From: an uncultured Gammaproteobacteria bacterium
GTDB taxonomy: Bacteria; Pseudomonadota; Gammaproteobacteria; CAWCPV01
Direction of reading: 5' to 3'
Assembly: GCA_963797555.1 (NCBI GenBank)
Contig: CAWCPV010000004.1
Location: 384,001-448,000, forward strand
Length of the DNA: 64,000 bases
Shown here: positions 8,608 to 21,755 of the stretch, piece by piece
Position numbering within the stretch: the first letter of the stretch is position 1
Layout of the letters: every line of letters starts with the position of its first letter
Translations under genes and position numbers: made by a program
Notes under the pieces: generated by a model
What the model saw: the letters and a program-made list of their open reading frames with translations, nothing else
The model's database searches: none
What the model was told of the DNA's origin: nothing

Positions 8608-9484
8608 TCAGGCGTGCTTACCCCAGTTGAGCTTGGCGCGTAACAGCGCGAAGTAGTCATGGCCGGCGGGGTGGATCAAGCGGATCGGGTGGTCCTTGCG
8701 GTGCATGCGGACACGGTCGCCGGCCAGCAGACCCAGGCTGAGCTGTCCGTCGTAGGTGACTTGGGCGTCCTGGGTGCTGGCACTGACCCGTACCTCGATG
8801 CGGCTGTTGCCATCCACGATGATCGGCCGGTTGCTCAGGGTGTGGGGACAGATCGGAGCCAGTACCAGCGCATTGAGCGTCGGGTGCAGGATTGGGCCAC
8901 CTGCAGAGAGCGCATACGCGGTGGAGCCCGTGGGCGTGGAGACGATGAGTCCGTCGGAGCGTTGGGTGTTGACGAACTGGTCGTCGATATAGGTCTCGAA
9001 CTCGATCATGCGAGCGACGCTCCACTTGTGGACGACTACATCGTTGAGGGCGTCGCTGCAGGAGATTGTCTCATCGCCGCGGTGAACGCTGGCGTGCAGC
9101 AGGAACCGCGACTCTTCGAGGTACCGTCCGTGAAGGATGTCCTCGACGGTGCCGAGCATCTCGTGCGGCGAGACATCGGTCAGGAAACCCGAGACGTCCA
9201 ACATTCACACCCAGGAGCGGCACGTCGTGGGACGCGAGGGTCCGCGCCGCATTGAGCAGTGTCCCGTCGCCGCCCACCACGATCGCGATGTCGCAACGCT
9301 CCCCCAGGGCTTCTTGCCCCAGGAGTTGCAGATCCTCGCCCGCGACCAACGCGGCGCTTGCCTGGTCCACAAAGACCTGGATCCCGCGGCTCCCCAGATG
9401 CCTGGATAGCTGTTTCAGGGTGGCCGCGACATTGACGTCGGCATGCTTTCCGATCAGGCCAACAGTGTGAAAATGCGCCGACAT
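8608..9484 (-). CDS. nadK: NAD+ kinase (one +1 frameshift near 9185-9190)
   Basis: GGDGT and GVNVGRLGF in one frame; GFLTD, ALNDVV, STPTGSTAY in the next; extra T in GGGTTTCCTG. Confidence 0.93.
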
Positions 9485-9512
9485 CTTGATACTCCGGCAA
9501 GACGTGCCCAAA

Positions 9513-9578
9513 TTAGCACGGTGACAGTGGGGCGCCAACTTCGAGCACGGTTTGCAAGTTTCGCACCAGGAGTGCAAA
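9513..9578. promoter_or_regulatory. degenerate CIRCE-like half-sites upstream of hrcA
   Basis: TTAGCAC at 9513 and GAGTGCAAA at 9570, against TTAGCACTC-N9-GAGTGCTAA; partner half-sites are poor. Confidence 0.35.
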
Positions 9579-9614
9579 ATTCCCTTCGCTCATGAGCGGA
9601 GTTGTCGAGACCGT

Positions 9615-10664
9615 ATGTCGGCGGTGATGAGGACTGTAGTACTCAGCGAACGGGCCCAACGGCTGCTGAAGGCGTTGATAGAGGGCTATATTCGAGACGG
9701 AAGGCCGGTGGGTTCCCGCACCTTGGCCAAGGAAGCGGGCCTGGACCTGAGCCCCGCGACAGTTCGCAACGAGATGGCAGACTTGGAGGAGTTGGGGCTC
9801 GTCACCTCTCCCCATACTTCGGCCGGGCGGGTGCCTACCGTGCGGGGCTACCGTCTCTTCGTCGACTCTCTGATGACCGTGGCCCCGCTGTCTATGCAGG
9901 ATATTCAGCGCCTGCGTTCCCGGCTCAACCCGGACCAAACCATCAAGGCTCTGCTGACGACCGCTTCCGGGCTCCTCTCGGGGATCACTCACTTTGCCAG
10001 TCTGGTCATGTGGCCGCGACGTGATCGGGTGACTTTGCGGCAAGTGCAGTTCCTGCCTCTGAGCGCGGATCGGGTGCTGGTCATCATGGTGTTGAACGAG
10101 CGTGAAGTGCGCAGCACCGTGGTTCATACCGGCCGGCACTACACAGCGGCAGAGCTGTATGCGGCTACCAGCTACCTGAACCGCGTCTACGGTGGACAGG
10201 ACGTGTTCGCCATCCGGGATGCCTTGCTGGCGGAGATGCGCCAGGCGAGCAGGGACATGGGTGAGATGGTTAGTGCCGCCCTGGAGATGGCGGACAAGGC
10301 TTTTCACGCCGAGACGGGCGACGACGACTACGTGGTTGCGGGCCAGGGCAACCTGTTGGAGTTCGCGGACCAAGATAACCTGGACCGGTTACGGCAGCTA
10401 TTCGATGCCTTCAGCCAAAAGAGGGATATCATTCACCTCCTCGATCGGTGCCTCTACGCCGAGGGCGCGTGCATCCTGATTGGTGCCGAGTCCGGACACC
10501 GGGCGCTGACGGATTACAGCCTGATTACTTCGCCGTACGGTGCCAGAGGGCAGCTACTGGGGGTCGTTGGTGTGATAGGGCCGACCCGCATGCCCTACGC
10601 GAAGGTCATTCCCCTCGTCGACACGACCGCCAGGTTGCTCGGCGAGGCATTGAATCTCCAATAA
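9615..10664 (+). CDS. hrcA: heat-inducible transcription repressor HrcA
   Basis: PVGSRTL, SPATVRNEMADLE, HTSAGRVPT, GVIGPTRMPY. Confidence 0.96.
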   Translation: MSAVMRTVVLSERAQRLLKALIEGYIRDGRPVGSRTLAKEAGLDLSPATVRNEMADLEELGLVTSPHTSAGRVPTVRGYRLFVDSLMTVAPLSMQDIQRLRSRLNPDQTIKALLTTASGLLSGITHFASLVMWPRRDRVTLRQVQFLPLSADRVLVIMVLNEREVRSTVVHTGRHYTAAELYAATSYLNRVYGGQDVFAIRDALLAEMRQASRDMGEMVSAALEMADKAFHAETGDDDYVVAGQGNLLEFADQDNLDRLRQLFDAFSQKRDIIHLLDRCLYAEGACILIGAESGHRALTDYSLITSPYGARGQLLGVVGVIGPTRMPYAKVIPLVDTTARLLGEALNLQ

Positions 10665-10676
10665 CAGCCTCTATAT
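10648..10676 (+). promoter_or_regulatory. sigma32-like promoter for grpE
   Basis: CATTGAA-N13-CCTCTATAT against CTTGAA-N13/17-CCCCATNT. Confidence 0.5.
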
Positions 10677-10758
10677 TCGGACCCTAAGGTGTCCCCGCTG
10701 ACCGGGAGGCGCTGCCGTTGCCAGTCCCAAGGACTAGATGCGTACAGGAGCTTGCATC

Positions 10759-11358
10759 ATGGTCAATGAGCCACACACACCCGCAGAGCCCGAGTCCTCT
10801 AGTGCGGAGGAGTTGTCCGCCGTGCAGGAGCGGGAGCTAGAGGAGCGGCAGATCGCCGCCGAGGCCGAGCCCGAGAGGTCGATGGAGCGGTTAGCCGGAC
10901 TGCTGGAGGATGCCCGTTCCAAGGCCGACGAGCACTGGGATCAGCTGCTGCGGGCGCGGGCAGATCTGGAGAACGAGCGGCGTCGGTTCCAGCGCGACTT
11001 GGAGAATGCTCATAAGTTTGGGTTAGAGCGCTTCGCTCTGGAACTGCTACCCGTGAAAGACAGCCTGGAGCTCGGTCTGGCGGCAGCCGCTGATGCGCAG
11101 GGAGTGGGAAAGCTGCGCGAGGGTGTCGAGCTGACCCTGAAGATGTTGCAGACCGCCTTCGAAAAGTTCGGCATTACCGAGGTGGACCCCGCGGGCGAAC
11201 GTTTCAACCCGGAGCTTCACCAGGCAATGTCCACCCTGGAGTCCGACAAGGTAGAACCGAACACGGTGGTGACCGTGTATCAGAAGGGCTACCTCCTGAA
11301 CGACAGGTTATTGCGCCCGGCGTTGGTGGTGGTCGCCAAGGCACCGGGCGTGCACTAG
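10759..11358 (+). CDS. grpE: nucleotide exchange factor GrpE
   Basis: [39 protein letters not shown]; RBS CAGGAG. Confidence 0.96.
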   Translation: MVNEPHTPAEPESSSAEELSAVQERELEERQIAAEAEPERSMERLAGLLEDARSKADEHWDQLLRARADLENERRRFQRDLENAHKFGLERFALELLPVKDSLELGLAAAADAQGVGKLREGVELTLKMLQTAFEKFGITEVDPAGERFNPELHQAMSTLESDKVEPNTVVTVYQKGYLLNDRLLRPALVVVAKAPGVH

Positions 11359-11368
11359 TACTAGAGAA

Positions 11369-11397
11369 CTTGATCGGCGCCCAGTCAACCCCTATAT
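11369..11397 (+). promoter_or_regulatory. sigma32-like promoter for dnaK
   Basis: CTTGAT-N14-CCCCTATAT. Confidence 0.6.
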
Positions 11398-11460
11398 GGC
11401 TTTGACGGTGGGTGCACCAACCTCGGTTTCCGCCGGCGGGCAAAGAATGGAGCATGGATC

Positions 11461-13383
11461 ATGGGCAAGACGATAGGTATTGACCTGGGGACCACGAACT
11501 CGTGCGTGGCGATCATGGAGGGCGGCCGCCCCAAGGTGATCGAGAACAGCGAGGGTGGCCGCACCACGCCCTCCGTCGTCGCTTTCACCGGTGATGGTGA
11601 GGTCCTGGTGGGGCAGGCCGCCAAGCGGCAGGCGGTGACCAATCCCAGCCACACCCTGTTCGCCATCAAGCGACTGATCGGCCGTCGCTATGACGAAGAG
11701 GTCGTGCAGCGCGACATCAAGATGATGCCGTACAAAATCGTGCGGGCCGATAATGGGGATGCGTGGGTGGAGGTCCGGGGCAAGAAAACGGCGGCGCCGG
11801 AGATCTCGGCCCACGTGCTGCGCAAGATGAAGAAGACCGCTGAAGATTACCTCGGCGAGCCGGTAACGGAAGCGGTGATCACAGTGCCGGCGTACTTCAA
11901 TGATTCGCAGCGCCAGGCCACCAAAGACGCGGGGCGCATTGCCGGCTTGGAGGTCAAGCGCATCATCAACGAGCCGACGGCCGCGGCGCTTGCCTTCGGT
12001 ATGGACAAGAAGCCAGGAGAGTCGAAGATTGCGGTCTACGACCTCGGTGGCGGGACCTTCGACATCTCCATCATCGAGATTGCGGAGGTGGAAGGCGAGC
12101 ACCAGTTCGAGGTGCTGTCTACCAACGGGGACACTTTTTTGGGTGGCGAGGATTTCGACAAGCGCGTCATCGACTACCTGGCAGATGAGTTCAGGAAAGA
12201 CACCGGGATCGACATTCGACAGGATCCACTGGCGATGCAGCGGCTGAAGGAGGCTGCCGAGAAGGCCAAGATTGAGCTGTCCTCCAGCCAGCAGACAGAC
12301 GTGAACCTGCCCTACATCACCGCGGACGCGGCTGGCCCCAAGCACCTGAACATCAAAGTGACGCGCGCCAAGCTCGAGTCCCTGGTGGAGGATCTCATCG
12401 AGCGCACCATCGAGCCGTGCAAGGTCGCGCTCAAGGATGCGGGCTTGCCTGCATCGGGCATCAGCGACGTGATCCTGGTCGGAGGGCAGACCCGTATGCC
12501 GAAGGTCCAGGAGGTGGTCAGGAGCCTCTTTGACCGAGAGCCGCGGAAGGACGTCAATCCGGACGAGGCAGTGGCGGTTGGCGCTGCCATCCAGGCGGCG
12601 GTGCTGGCCGGCGAGGTGAAGGACGTCCTGCTCCTGGATGTGACGCCCCTTTCTCTCGGGATCGAGACTCTCGGGGGAGTGATGACCAAGATCATCGAGA
12701 AGAACACCACTATCCCGACCAAGGCGTCGCAGGTCTTCTCGACGGCGGAGGACACTCAGAGCGCGGTGACGGTTCACGTGCTGCAGGGGGAGCGCGAGAT
12801 GGCTTCCGCCAATAAATCGCTGGGCCGTTTCGACCTCACCGGGATTCCGCCAGCGCCGCGGGGTGTACCGCAGATCGAGGTCACCTTCAACATCGACGCC
12901 AACGGCATCCTGCACGTCTCGGCCAAGGACAAGGCCACGGGGCGGGAGCAGTCCATTCAGATCCGCGCCTCCAGCGGTCTCAGCGAGGACGAGATCAAGA
13001 AGATGGTCAAGGATGCCGAGGCGCATGCCGATGAGGACCGCCGCTTCCACGAGCTGGTGGAGGTCCGCAACCGTGCGGACAATCTGATTCACGCAACCAA
13101 CAAGTCGCTGAAGGAGCTGGGAGACAAGGCTAGCGAGAGCGAGAAGAGCCGCGTCGAATCCGCCATCAAGGAGCTTCAGGAGGCCATGAAGGGCGACAAC
13201 AAGGAGGCCGTCGAGGCCAAGACACAGGCTCTGGCCGAGGCCTCGGGGAAGCTGGCAGAGCGCCTTTACGCCCAGCAGCAGAGCGAGTCCGGCGGCAGCA
13301 CGGAACACCCGTCCGGGCAAAGGGAGAAAGAGGATGTAGTGGACGCGGAGTTCGAAGAGGTGAAGGGTGACGACAAACGGTGA
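11461..13383 (+). CDS. dnaK: chaperone DnaK
   Basis: [26 protein letters not shown]-terminal DAEFEEV. Confidence 0.99.
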   Translation: MGKTIGIDLGTTNSCVAIMEGGRPKVIENSEGGRTTPSVVAFTGDGEVLVGQAAKRQAVTNPSHTLFAIKRLIGRRYDEEVVQRDIKMMPYKIVRADNGDAWVEVRGKKTAAPEISAHVLRKMKKTAEDYLGEPVTEAVITVPAYFNDSQRQATKDAGRIAGLEVKRIINEPTAAALAFGMDKKPGESKIAVYDLGGGTFDISIIEIAEVEGEHQFEVLSTNGDTFLGGEDFDKRVIDYLADEFRKDTGIDIRQDPLAMQRLKEAAEKAKIELSSSQQTDVNLPYITADAAGPKHLNIKVTRAKLESLVEDLIERTIEPCKVALKDAGLPASGISDVILVGGQTRMPKVQEVVRSLFDREPRKDVNPDEAVAVGAAIQAAVLAGEVKDVLLLDVTPLSLGIETLGGVMTKIIEKNTTIPTKASQVFSTAEDTQSAVTVHVLQGEREMASANKSLGRFDLTGIPPAPRGVPQIEVTFNIDANGILHVSAKDKATGREQSIQIRASSGLSEDEIKKMVKDAEAHADEDRRFHELVEVRNRADNLIHATNKSLKELGDKASESEKSRVESAIKELQEAMKGDNKEAVEAKTQALAEASGKLAERLYAQQQSESGGSTEHPSGQREKEDVVDAEFEEVKGDDKR

Positions 13384-13527
13384 GGGCGGCGTTGTGGATC
13401 GCTGCAGCGGCGGGGAGGTGCGGAGAGCTTTCGCGCCTGTTCGTCGCCATCTGGGTACGGAGCCTCTCGGCGCCGCGCAAGGGTCGGGTCCTAGAAGGGA
13501 TGTCGGCCCCGCGGTGCGGCTCTGCTA

Positions 13528-14688
13528 GCGTAGTGCTTGGTAATTAACGGAACATATATGATCTATCGCTGTCCAGGGCTATGAAGCCAAGACAGGAGAG
13601 CACTGATGCGAGTAGCCCCGATGGTCCGACTGAGCGCGGAAGAACAGCGGAGCCTGAGGCGTGTGTCGCGTTCGAACACCACGAGTGTGAGGCTGGCCCG
13701 CCGAGCGCGCATTGTGCTGTTGGCGGCGGTGGGCATGGAGAACAAGGCCATCGCGGCGGAACTCAAGATTGGGCGTGTGCAGGTTGGGCGTTGGCGGGAG
13801 CGCTATGCGCAAGGCGGGCTGGCGGCCATCGAGTGTGACCTGCCGCGCGGAGGTCGTCAGCCCAAGGTGGATGCCGCCGAGATCGTGCGACGCACGACTC
13901 AGACCCAGCCCTTAGCAGCGACACAGTGGAGTACGCGGACCCTGGCTAAGGAAATGGGAGTGAGCGACACCACGGTGCTGCGCGTGTGGCATGCCCATGG
14001 GCTGAAGCCGCATCGTGTCGAATCCTTCAAGGTATCGCGCGACCCGAAATTCACCGAGAAGTTGGAGGACATCGTCGGGCTGTATCTGTCCCCCCCGGAG
14101 CATGCTTTGGTGTTGTGCTGCGACGAGAAGAGTCAGGTTCAGGCGCTGGATCGTACCCAACCTGGCCTGCCGCTGAAGAAGGGGCGGGCTGCGACCATGA
14201 CCCATGACTACAAGCGCCATGGCACCACGACACTGTTTGCTGCCCTGAACACCTTGGAGGGTTCCGTGATTGCCCGCTGCGAGCCGCACCATCGCCACAC
14301 GGAGTGGCTCACCTTCCTGCGCCAAATCGACCGCGAGACGCCCAAGGACAAGGAACTGCACTTGGTCTGCGACAACTACGCCACCCACAAACATCCCAAC
14401 GTTCAGAAATGGCTGGGAAAACACCCGCGTTTCCACATCCATTTCACGCCCACCTCAGCATCCTGGTTGAACATGGTCGAGCGATTCTTCCGCGACCTGA
14501 CTGTGGATCGGTTGCGCCGTGGCGTGTTTCGAAGCGTCCCCGAGTTGATCCCTGCCATCAACCGCTATGTCGATGCCCACAACGCCAATCCCAAACCCTT
14601 CATCTGGACCGCCAAGGCTAAGGACATCCTGCAGAAGGTCATCCGCGCCAACGCACGTTTAAGTTCTAAACAGAATGAAGCACTACAC
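13528..14688 (+). mobile_element. intact IS630-family insertion sequence with duplicated TA in a CTAG target
   Basis: Left TA|GCGTAGTGCTT, right AAGCACTACAC|TA (11-bp TIR, 1 mismatch). Confidence 0.9.
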
Positions 14689-14691
14689 TAG
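13606..14691 (+). CDS. IS630 transposase
   Basis: N-terminal HTH; CDEKSQVQAL, HDYKRHGTTTLFAAL, CDNYATHK, FTPTSASWLNMVERFF. Confidence 0.95.
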   Translation: MRVAPMVRLSAEEQRSLRRVSRSNTTSVRLARRARIVLLAAVGMENKAIAAELKIGRVQVGRWRERYAQGGLAAIECDLPRGGRQPKVDAAEIVRRTTQTQPLAATQWSTRTLAKEMGVSDTTVLRVWHAHGLKPHRVESFKVSRDPKFTEKLEDIVGLYLSPPEHALVLCCDEKSQVQALDRTQPGLPLKKGRAATMTHDYKRHGTTTLFAALNTLEGSVIARCEPHHRHTEWLTFLRQIDRETPKDKELHLVCDNYATHKHPNVQKWLGKHPRFHIHFTPTSASWLNMVERFFRDLTVDRLRRGVFRSVPELIPAINRYVDAHNANPKPFIWTAKAKDILQKVIRANARLSSKQNEALH

Positions 14692-14745
14692 CGTACTTGA
14701 GGAGGGGCTGGAACGTGCTGTCCTCCTCCCGTATTCGGTCCGGTA

Positions 14746-15875
14746 ATGCCCAAGAGAGACTATTACGACGTCCTGGGATTGGCCCGCAACGCCAGCGAGG
14801 CGGAGATCAAGAAGGCCTACCGGCGTTTCGCAATGAAGCATCATCCCGACCGCAACCCCGCAGACAAGGATGCCGAGGAGCGCTTCAAGGAGTGCAAAGA
14901 AGCCTACGAGGTGCTGAGTGACGCCCGCAGACGCGCCGCCTACGATCAGTTCGGTCACGCCGGGGTAGATCCGGCTGCGGCGGCCGGGGCGGGCTTTGGA
15001 GGCGGCGCATCGTTCGGCGACATCTTCGGCGATATCTTCAGCGACATCTTCGGGGCCGGCCGCGGGGGTCGGGATCAGGCGTATCGCGGGGCAGACCTGC
15101 GCTATCACCTGGATCTCTCCCTGGAGGAGGCGGTCCAGGGCACCACGGTCCAGATCAGGGTGCCGTCTGTCTCCATCTGTCGCGCTTGCCAGGGGAGTGG
15201 CGCTCGCGCGGGGACACAAGCGACCACCTGTCCCACCTGTGGTGGGCGCGGCCAGGTGCGCATCCAACAGGGTTTCTTCTCGATACAGCAGACTTGCCCG
15301 CGCTGCCGCGGTCGGGGCCAACTCATCCTGGAACCGTGCACGACTTGCGGTGGCGCAGGTCGGGTGCGGGAGCAGAAGACCCTCTCCGTGAAGATCCCTC
15401 CCGGGGTCGACAGCGGCGACCGCATTCGCGTGGCCGCCGAAGGCGAAGTGGGCGAGCGGGGGGGTCGGCGGGTGATCTGTATGTCCAGATCAAGGTCCGC
15501 CCTCACCCCATCTTCACCCGAGAGGGCAACGACCTGCACTCGGAGGTGCCTGTCACCTTCGGGACGGCAGCGCTCGGTGGGGAACTGCAGGTTCCGACGC
15601 TGGAGGGTCAGGTGACCCTGAAGATTCCCCCGGGCACACAGACCGACAAGGTGTTCCGCGTGCGCGGAAAGGGAGTGCGCTCTGTGCACAGCACCGGAAC
15701 TGGAGACTTGCTCTGCCGCGTCGTAGTGGAAACGCCGGTGCATCTCAACCGGCGGCAGCGCGAGCTACTCGAAGAGTTCGAGAAGACGTTGAGCGAGGGA
15801 AGTGACCGACACAGTCCGCGCACCGCCTCATGGCTGGACAGCGTGAAGAGGTTCTTCGAAGACATGAAGTTCTAG
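14746..15875 (+). CDS. dnaJ: chaperone DnaJ (frameshift in the G run near 15457-15464)
   Basis: J domain with HPD, four CxxCxGxG repeats; C-terminal GDLYVQI...FFEDMKF in the next frame. Confidence 0.95.
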
Positions 15876-16742
<867 letters not shown>

Positions 16743-16750
16743 GGCTGGCG

Positions 16751-16837
16751 TGGACATCATGACCGGCGGTCCCCTATAATTCACGATCGGTTTGAAGCAC
16801 TTCGCTGAGCGGGAGGGTACGCCGGAACCTCCCGCTT
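16751..16837 (+). promoter_or_regulatory. sigma70-like carA promoter plus leader hairpin
   Basis: TGGACA-N18-TATAAT (16751-16780); stem AGCGGGAGG/CCTCCCGCT (16808-16836). Confidence 0.55.
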
Positions 16838-16858
16838 CGCATGTCTGTGGAGGTGATC

Positions 16859-18055
16859 GTGCGCCCGCGCGCGTTGTTGGCCCTTGAAGACGGCAGTCTG
16901 TTCTGGGGCGAGTCCATCGGCGCAGAGGGGCAGAGCGTAGGCGAGGTGGTATTCAACACGGCCATCGCCGGCTATCAAGAGATCCTCACAGACCCCTCCT
17001 ACCACCGCCAGATCGTCACCCTCACATATCCTCACGTCGGCAATGTCGGCGTCAACGCGGAGGACCAGGAGTCCTCCCGGGTGTGGCTCGCGGGTCTCGT
17101 GATCCGCGACCTCGCTCGCCGCATGAGCAGCTGGCGCGCCCAGGGAACGTTGTCGGACTACCTGCGCGGCCAAGGTATCGTGGCCATTGCCGGGGTCGAT
17201 ACCCGACGTTTGACCAGGCTGCTTCGGGAGAAGGGCGTTCAGAATGGGTGTGTTCAGGCCGGGGGCGGCATCGATGGGCCGGTGGCGCTCGCGGCGGCGC
17301 GGGCCTTTCCGGGCCTGAAGGGCATGGACCTCGCGCGCGAGGTGACGACCGCGCATCCGTACCGTTGGGTCGAGGGGATGTGGAAGAGTCGGCGGGGCGC
17401 GTCGCCGGGGTCCATCGTGCGATGCCCACAGGACGCCTATCACGTGGTGGCCTACGACTTCGGGGTCAAGCACAACATCTTGCGCCTGCTGGTCGAGCGG
17501 GGCTGCCGAGTCACCGTGGTGCCGGCCCAGACGACGGCCTCGGAGGCGGCCGCGCTGAGCCCGGACGGCATTTTTCTGTCGAACGGCCCCGGGGATCCCG
17601 AGCCGTGCGACTACGCCATCGGCGCCATACGGCAGTTCCTCGACCGGAAACTTCCCCTGTTCGGCATCTGTCTGGGCCACCAGCTGCTCGGGCTCGCCGG
17701 CGGCGGCCGCACGGTCAAGATGAAGTTCGGTCATCATGGGGCCAACCATCCGGTGCTGGAGCTGGCAACCGGTCGGGTGGTCATCACCAGTCAAAACCAT
17801 GGCTTCGCCGTGGAAGAGGCGAGCCTCCCCTTCAACGTCCGTCCCACCCACCGTTCCCTCTTTGACGGCAGTCTACAAGGGATGGAGTTCGCAGACTGCC
17901 CGGCGTTCAGCTTCCAAGGCCATCCGGAGGCCAGCCCCGGCCCGCACGACATCGCCGACATGTTTGACCACTTCATCGACCTCATGGCCGCGGTACACAG
18001 CGCGCGTGCGGCTCCACCGACCGCCCAGCCCCAGTATCGGGACGCCGCGGGCTGA
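16859..18055 (+). CDS. carA: carbamoyl-phosphate synthase small subunit
   Basis: [35 protein letters not shown]. Confidence 0.97.
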   Translation: MRPRALLALEDGSLFWGESIGAEGQSVGEVVFNTAIAGYQEILTDPSYHRQIVTLTYPHVGNVGVNAEDQESSRVWLAGLVIRDLARRMSSWRAQGTLSDYLRGQGIVAIAGVDTRRLTRLLREKGVQNGCVQAGGGIDGPVALAAARAFPGLKGMDLAREVTTAHPYRWVEGMWKSRRGASPGSIVRCPQDAYHVVAYDFGVKHNILRLLVERGCRVTVVPAQTTASEAAALSPDGIFLSNGPGDPEPCDYAIGAIRQFLDRKLPLFGICLGHQLLGLAGGGRTVKMKFGHHGANHPVLELATGRVVITSQNHGFAVEEASLPFNVRPTHRSLFDGSLQGMEFADCPAFSFQGHPEASPGPHDIADMFDHFIDLMAAVHSARAAPPTAQPQYRDAAG

Positions 18056-18061
18056 GGCGCC

Positions 18062-21000
18062 ATGCCTCGACGCACCGATCTACACAGCATTCTGATCATC
18101 GGGGCCGGCCCGATCGTTATTGGCCAGGCGTGCGAGTTCGACTATTCCGGAGTCCAGGCCTGCAAGGCTCTGCGCGAGGAGGGCTACCGTGTGGTGCTGG
18201 TGAACTCCAACCCGGCCACCATCATGACCGACCCGGACATGGCCGACGCGGTCTACATCGAGCCGGTGCACTGGGAGGTGGTGGCACGCATCATCGAGCG
18301 TGAGAGGCCCGACGGGCTTCTGCCCACCATGGGGGGCCAGACGGCGCTCAACTGCGCCCTCGACTTGGCGCGGGAGGGGGTGCTCGAACGTTACGGCGTC
18401 GCGATGATCGGCGCGTCGCGCGAGGCCATCGACAAGGCCGAAGACCGTGAGCGGTTTCGCCAGGCCATGCGCCGCATCGGTCTGGAGGTGCCGCGGGCCG
18501 CCATCGCCCATAGCATGGAGGAGGCCCATCAGGTGCAGCTAAGCATCGGCTTCCCCACGGTCGTCCGGCCGTCTTTCACGCTGGGCGGCAGCGGCGGTGG
18601 CATCGCGTACAACCGGGAAGAGTTCGTCGAGATCTGCGAGCGCGGGCTGGATCTCTCGCCCACCCATGAGCTTCTGATCGAAGAATCGGTGGTGGGCTGG
18701 AAGGAGTTCGAGATGGAGGTGGTGCGGGACCGCAAGGACAACTGCATCATCGTCTGTTCGATCGAGAATGTGGATCCCATGGGAATCCACACCGGTGACT
18801 CGATCACCGTGGCGCCGGCGCAGACCCTGACCGATAAGGAGTACCAGGCGATGCGCGATGGTGCCATCGCGGTATTGCGCGAGATCGGCGTGGACACAGG
18901 GGGCTCGAACGTTCAGTTCGCGGTCAACCCGTGCGACGGGCGCATGGTGGTGATCGAGATGAATCCGCGGGTATCCCGGTCCTCGGCGCTGGCCTCCAAG
19001 GCTACCGGTTTCCCCATCGCCAAAATCGCGGCCAAGCTGGCCGTCGGCTACACTCTGAACGAGCTGCGTAACGAGATCACCGGTGGTGCTATTCCGGCCT
19101 CCTTCGAGCCCACCATCGACTACGTGGTCACCAAGGTTCCGCGGTTTGCCTTCGAGAAGTTTCCGCAGGCCGACCCTCACCTCACCACCCAAATGAAGTC
19201 CGTGGGAGAGGCGATGGCCATCGGGCGGACCTTCCAGGAGTCGCTTCAGAAGGCCTTGCGTAGCCTCGAGACCGGCGCCGACGGGCTGCGCGAGAAAGTG
19301 GACCGATCGGCTGCCGAGCGGGACGATGTCCTGCGCAAGGAGTTGCGTTCTCCGGGGGCGGAGCGCATGTGGTACATCGCGGACGCCTTCCGGGCCGGAT
19401 GGTCTGTGGAGGAGGTGGGCGACCTCACAGGCATCGACGCGTGGTTCCTCAGCCAAGTCCAGGAACTGGTGGAGATCGAAGAGGAGTTGCCGGGGACCGA
19501 TCCCAGTGGACTGGACGCTGCCCGCGTTCTCTGGCTCAAGCGTAAGGGGTTCTCGGACGGTCGCCTGGCGCACCTGCTGGGAATGGCGGAGACGGACTTC
19601 CGTCGACTGCGTCATCGGCTGGGGGTCAGGCCGGTGTACCGGCGCGTCGACTCGTGCGCCGCGGAGTTTGCAGCCAGCACCGCCTACCTGTACTCCACTT
19701 ATGAAGAAGAGTGCGAGGCCGCCCCCAGCGATCGCCGCAAGATCATGGTCCTGGGGGGCGGTCCAAACCGCATCGGTCAGGGGATAGAGTTCGACTATTG
19801 CTGCGTGCACGCGGCGCTGGCGCTGCGCGGGGAGCTATACGAGACCATCATGGTCAACTGCAACCCGGAGACCGTCTCCACCGACTATGACACCTCCGAT
19901 CGGCTCTACTTCGAGCCCCTCACCCTGGAGGATGTGCTGGAGATTGTGAGCAAGGAGCGCCCGATGGGCGTGATCGTTCAGTACGGCGGCCAGACTCCAC
20001 TTAAGTTGGCGCGGGCACTGGAGGAGGCGGGCGCGCCCATCATCGGCACCACCCCCGACGCCATCGACCTCGCCGAGGATCGGCACCGTTTTCAGGGGCT
20101 CATCGAGCAGCTCGGTCTGCGCCAACCCCCGAACTGCACGGCGCGGGAAGTGGACGAGGCGGTAGAGCTGGCGTCGCGCATCGGTTACCCGGTCGTGGTA
20201 CGGCCATCCTACGTGCTGGGCGGCCGCGCTATGGAGATTGTCTACGGCGAGGAGGACCTGCGGCGCTATATGCGCCAAGCGCTGCTCGCCTCTCCGGACG
20301 CACCCGTGCTGCTCGACCATTTCCTCGATGACGCCATCGAGGTGGATGTGGATGCCGTTGCCGACGGCGAGGCGGTGGTCATCGGCGGCATCATGGAGCA
20401 CATCGAGCAGGCGGGCGTGCACTCGGGGGACTCGGCCTGCTCGCTGCCGCCGTTTAGCCTGTCCGGTGCCGTCCGTGAGAGCCTTCGGGAGCAGACCGAG
20501 AAGCTCGCCCGTGCCCTGGGGGTGGTGGGTCTCATCAACGTCCAGTTCGCCATCCAGGGCCAGGACATTTACGTCCTCGAGGTCAATCCGCGGGCCTCAC
20601 GCACCGTGCCCTTCGTCTCCAAGGCTACGGGCCTGCCGCTCGCGAAGATCGCAGCGCGCTGCATGGTGGCGGTCAAGCTGCGGGACCAGGGTGTGGAGCG
20701 GGAGCGCATTCCGAGCTACTTCTCGGCCAAGGAGGCGGTGTTCCCGTTCGTCAAGTTCCCCGGAGTGGACCCGCTCCTCGGTCCCGAGATGAAGTCGACT
20801 GGGGAAGTCATGGGGATCGCGGCGAGCTTCGGCGCGGCGTTCGCGAAGTGCCAGCTAGCGGCGGGTGTGGTTCTGCCCCGCGGCGGCAAGGCGTTCATCA
20901 GCGTGCGTGACGCCGACAAGGCGGGTGCGGCGGATGTCGCGCGCCAATTGATTGCACTCGGATTCGAGATCTTGGCCACCGATGGAACCGCGCGAGCCTT

Positions 21001-21286
21001 CGCGGCAGCGGGAATCCCATGCCAGCGGGTCAACAAGGTCCTGGAGGGCCGCCCGCATGTCGTGGACATGATCAAGAACGGGCAGGTGGACCTGATCGTG
21101 AACACCACCGAGGGCAAGCAGGCCATCGCCGACTCCGCATCCATCCGCCGCACGGCCCTGCAGCGCAAGATCAGCTATACTACGACGCTGGCCGGAGCGA
21201 GGGCCACATGCCTGGCCCTGAGTTGTCTCGACAGCGTGGAAGTGAATCGGCTTCAGGACTTGCACAGGGAGTTCGCACATGGTTAA
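18062..21286 (+). CDS. carB: carbamoyl-phosphate synthase large subunit
   Basis: [33 protein letters not shown], two ATP-grasp domains and an MGS domain. Confidence 0.99.
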   Translation: MPRRTDLHSILIIGAGPIVIGQACEFDYSGVQACKALREEGYRVVLVNSNPATIMTDPDMADAVYIEPVHWEVVARIIERERPDGLLPTMGGQTALNCALDLAREGVLERYGVAMIGASREAIDKAEDRERFRQAMRRIGLEVPRAAIAHSMEEAHQVQLSIGFPTVVRPSFTLGGSGGGIAYNREEFVEICERGLDLSPTHELLIEESVVGWKEFEMEVVRDRKDNCIIVCSIENVDPMGIHTGDSITVAPAQTLTDKEYQAMRDGAIAVLREIGVDTGGSNVQFAVNPCDGRMVVIEMNPRVSRSSALASKATGFPIAKIAAKLAVGYTLNELRNEITGGAIPASFEPTIDYVVTKVPRFAFEKFPQADPHLTTQMKSVGEAMAIGRTFQESLQKALRSLETGADGLREKVDRSAAERDDVLRKELRSPGAERMWYIADAFRAGWSVEEVGDLTGIDAWFLSQVQELVEIEEELPGTDPSGLDAARVLWLKRKGFSDGRLAHLLGMAETDFRRLRHRLGVRPVYRRVDSCAAEFAASTAYLYSTYEEECEAAPSDRRKIMVLGGGPNRIGQGIEFDYCCVHAALALRGELYETIMVNCNPETVSTDYDTSDRLYFEPLTLEDVLEIVSKERPMGVIVQYGGQTPLKLARALEEAGAPIIGTTPDAIDLAEDRHRFQGLIEQLGLRQPPNCTAREVDEAVELASRIGYPVVVRPSYVLGGRAMEIVYGEEDLRRYMRQALLASPDAPVLLDHFLDDAIEVDVDAVADGEAVVIGGIMEHIEQAGVHSGDSACSLPPFSLSGAVRESLREQTEKLARALGVVGLINVQFAIQGQDIYVLEVNPRASRTVPFVSKATGLPLAKIAARCMVAVKLRDQGVERERIPSYFSAKEAVFPFVKFPGVDPLLGPEMKSTGEVMGIAASFGAAFAKCQLAAGVVLPRGGKAFISVRDADKAGAADVARQLIALGFEILATDGTARAFAAAGIPCQRVNKVLEGRPHVVDMIKNGQVDLIVNTTEGKQAIADSASIRRTALQRKISYTTTLAGARATCLALSCLDSVEVNRLQDLHREFAHG

Positions 21287-21755
21287 GGTGCCCATGACCG
21301 CGAAAGGTGCCCAGAAGCTGCGCGAGGAGCTTCAGCAGCTCAAGACCGTGGTGCGTCAGAGGGTCATCAGCGCGATCGCGGAAGCGCGCGCCCATGGCGA
21401 TCTGAAAGAGAACGCGGAATACCACGCGGCCCGCGAGCAGCAAGGTTTCGTCGAAGGCCGCATCGCCGACCTTGAAACGAAGCTCGCCCGAGCCCAGGTG
21501 ATCGATGTCACCGCGCTCGATGGCGACGGCCGAATCGTCTTTGGGACGACCGTCGAGCTGATCAACGAGGACACCGGGGAGCAGGTCTGCTACCAAATCG
21601 TCGGGGACGATGAGGCGGACATCAAGGCGGGGCTGATCTCAGTTAACTCGCCGATCGCCCGCGCCCTGATCGGCAAGCGCGAGTCGGACGCGGCGACGGT
21701 AAAGGCCCCGGCGGGCGAGGTGGAGTACACGGTCGTGGCGGTCAAGTACGTCTGA
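21279..21755 (+). CDS. greA: transcription elongation factor GreA
   Basis: [29 protein letters not shown]. Confidence 0.97.
   Translation: MVKVPMTAKGAQKLREELQQLKTVVRQRVISAIAEARAHGDLKENAEYHAAREQQGFVEGRIADLETKLARAQVIDVTALDGDGRIVFGTTVELINEDTGEQVCYQIVGDDEADIKAGLISVNSPIARALIGKRESDAATVKAPAGEVEYTVVAVKYV

Noticed and set aside
11392-13320. 642-aa ORF antisense to dnaK and similar long shadow ORFs (25587..27122, 36468..37985, 50652..52355)
   Set aside because: Typical stop-poor antisense frames of GC-rich coding sequence; no motifs.
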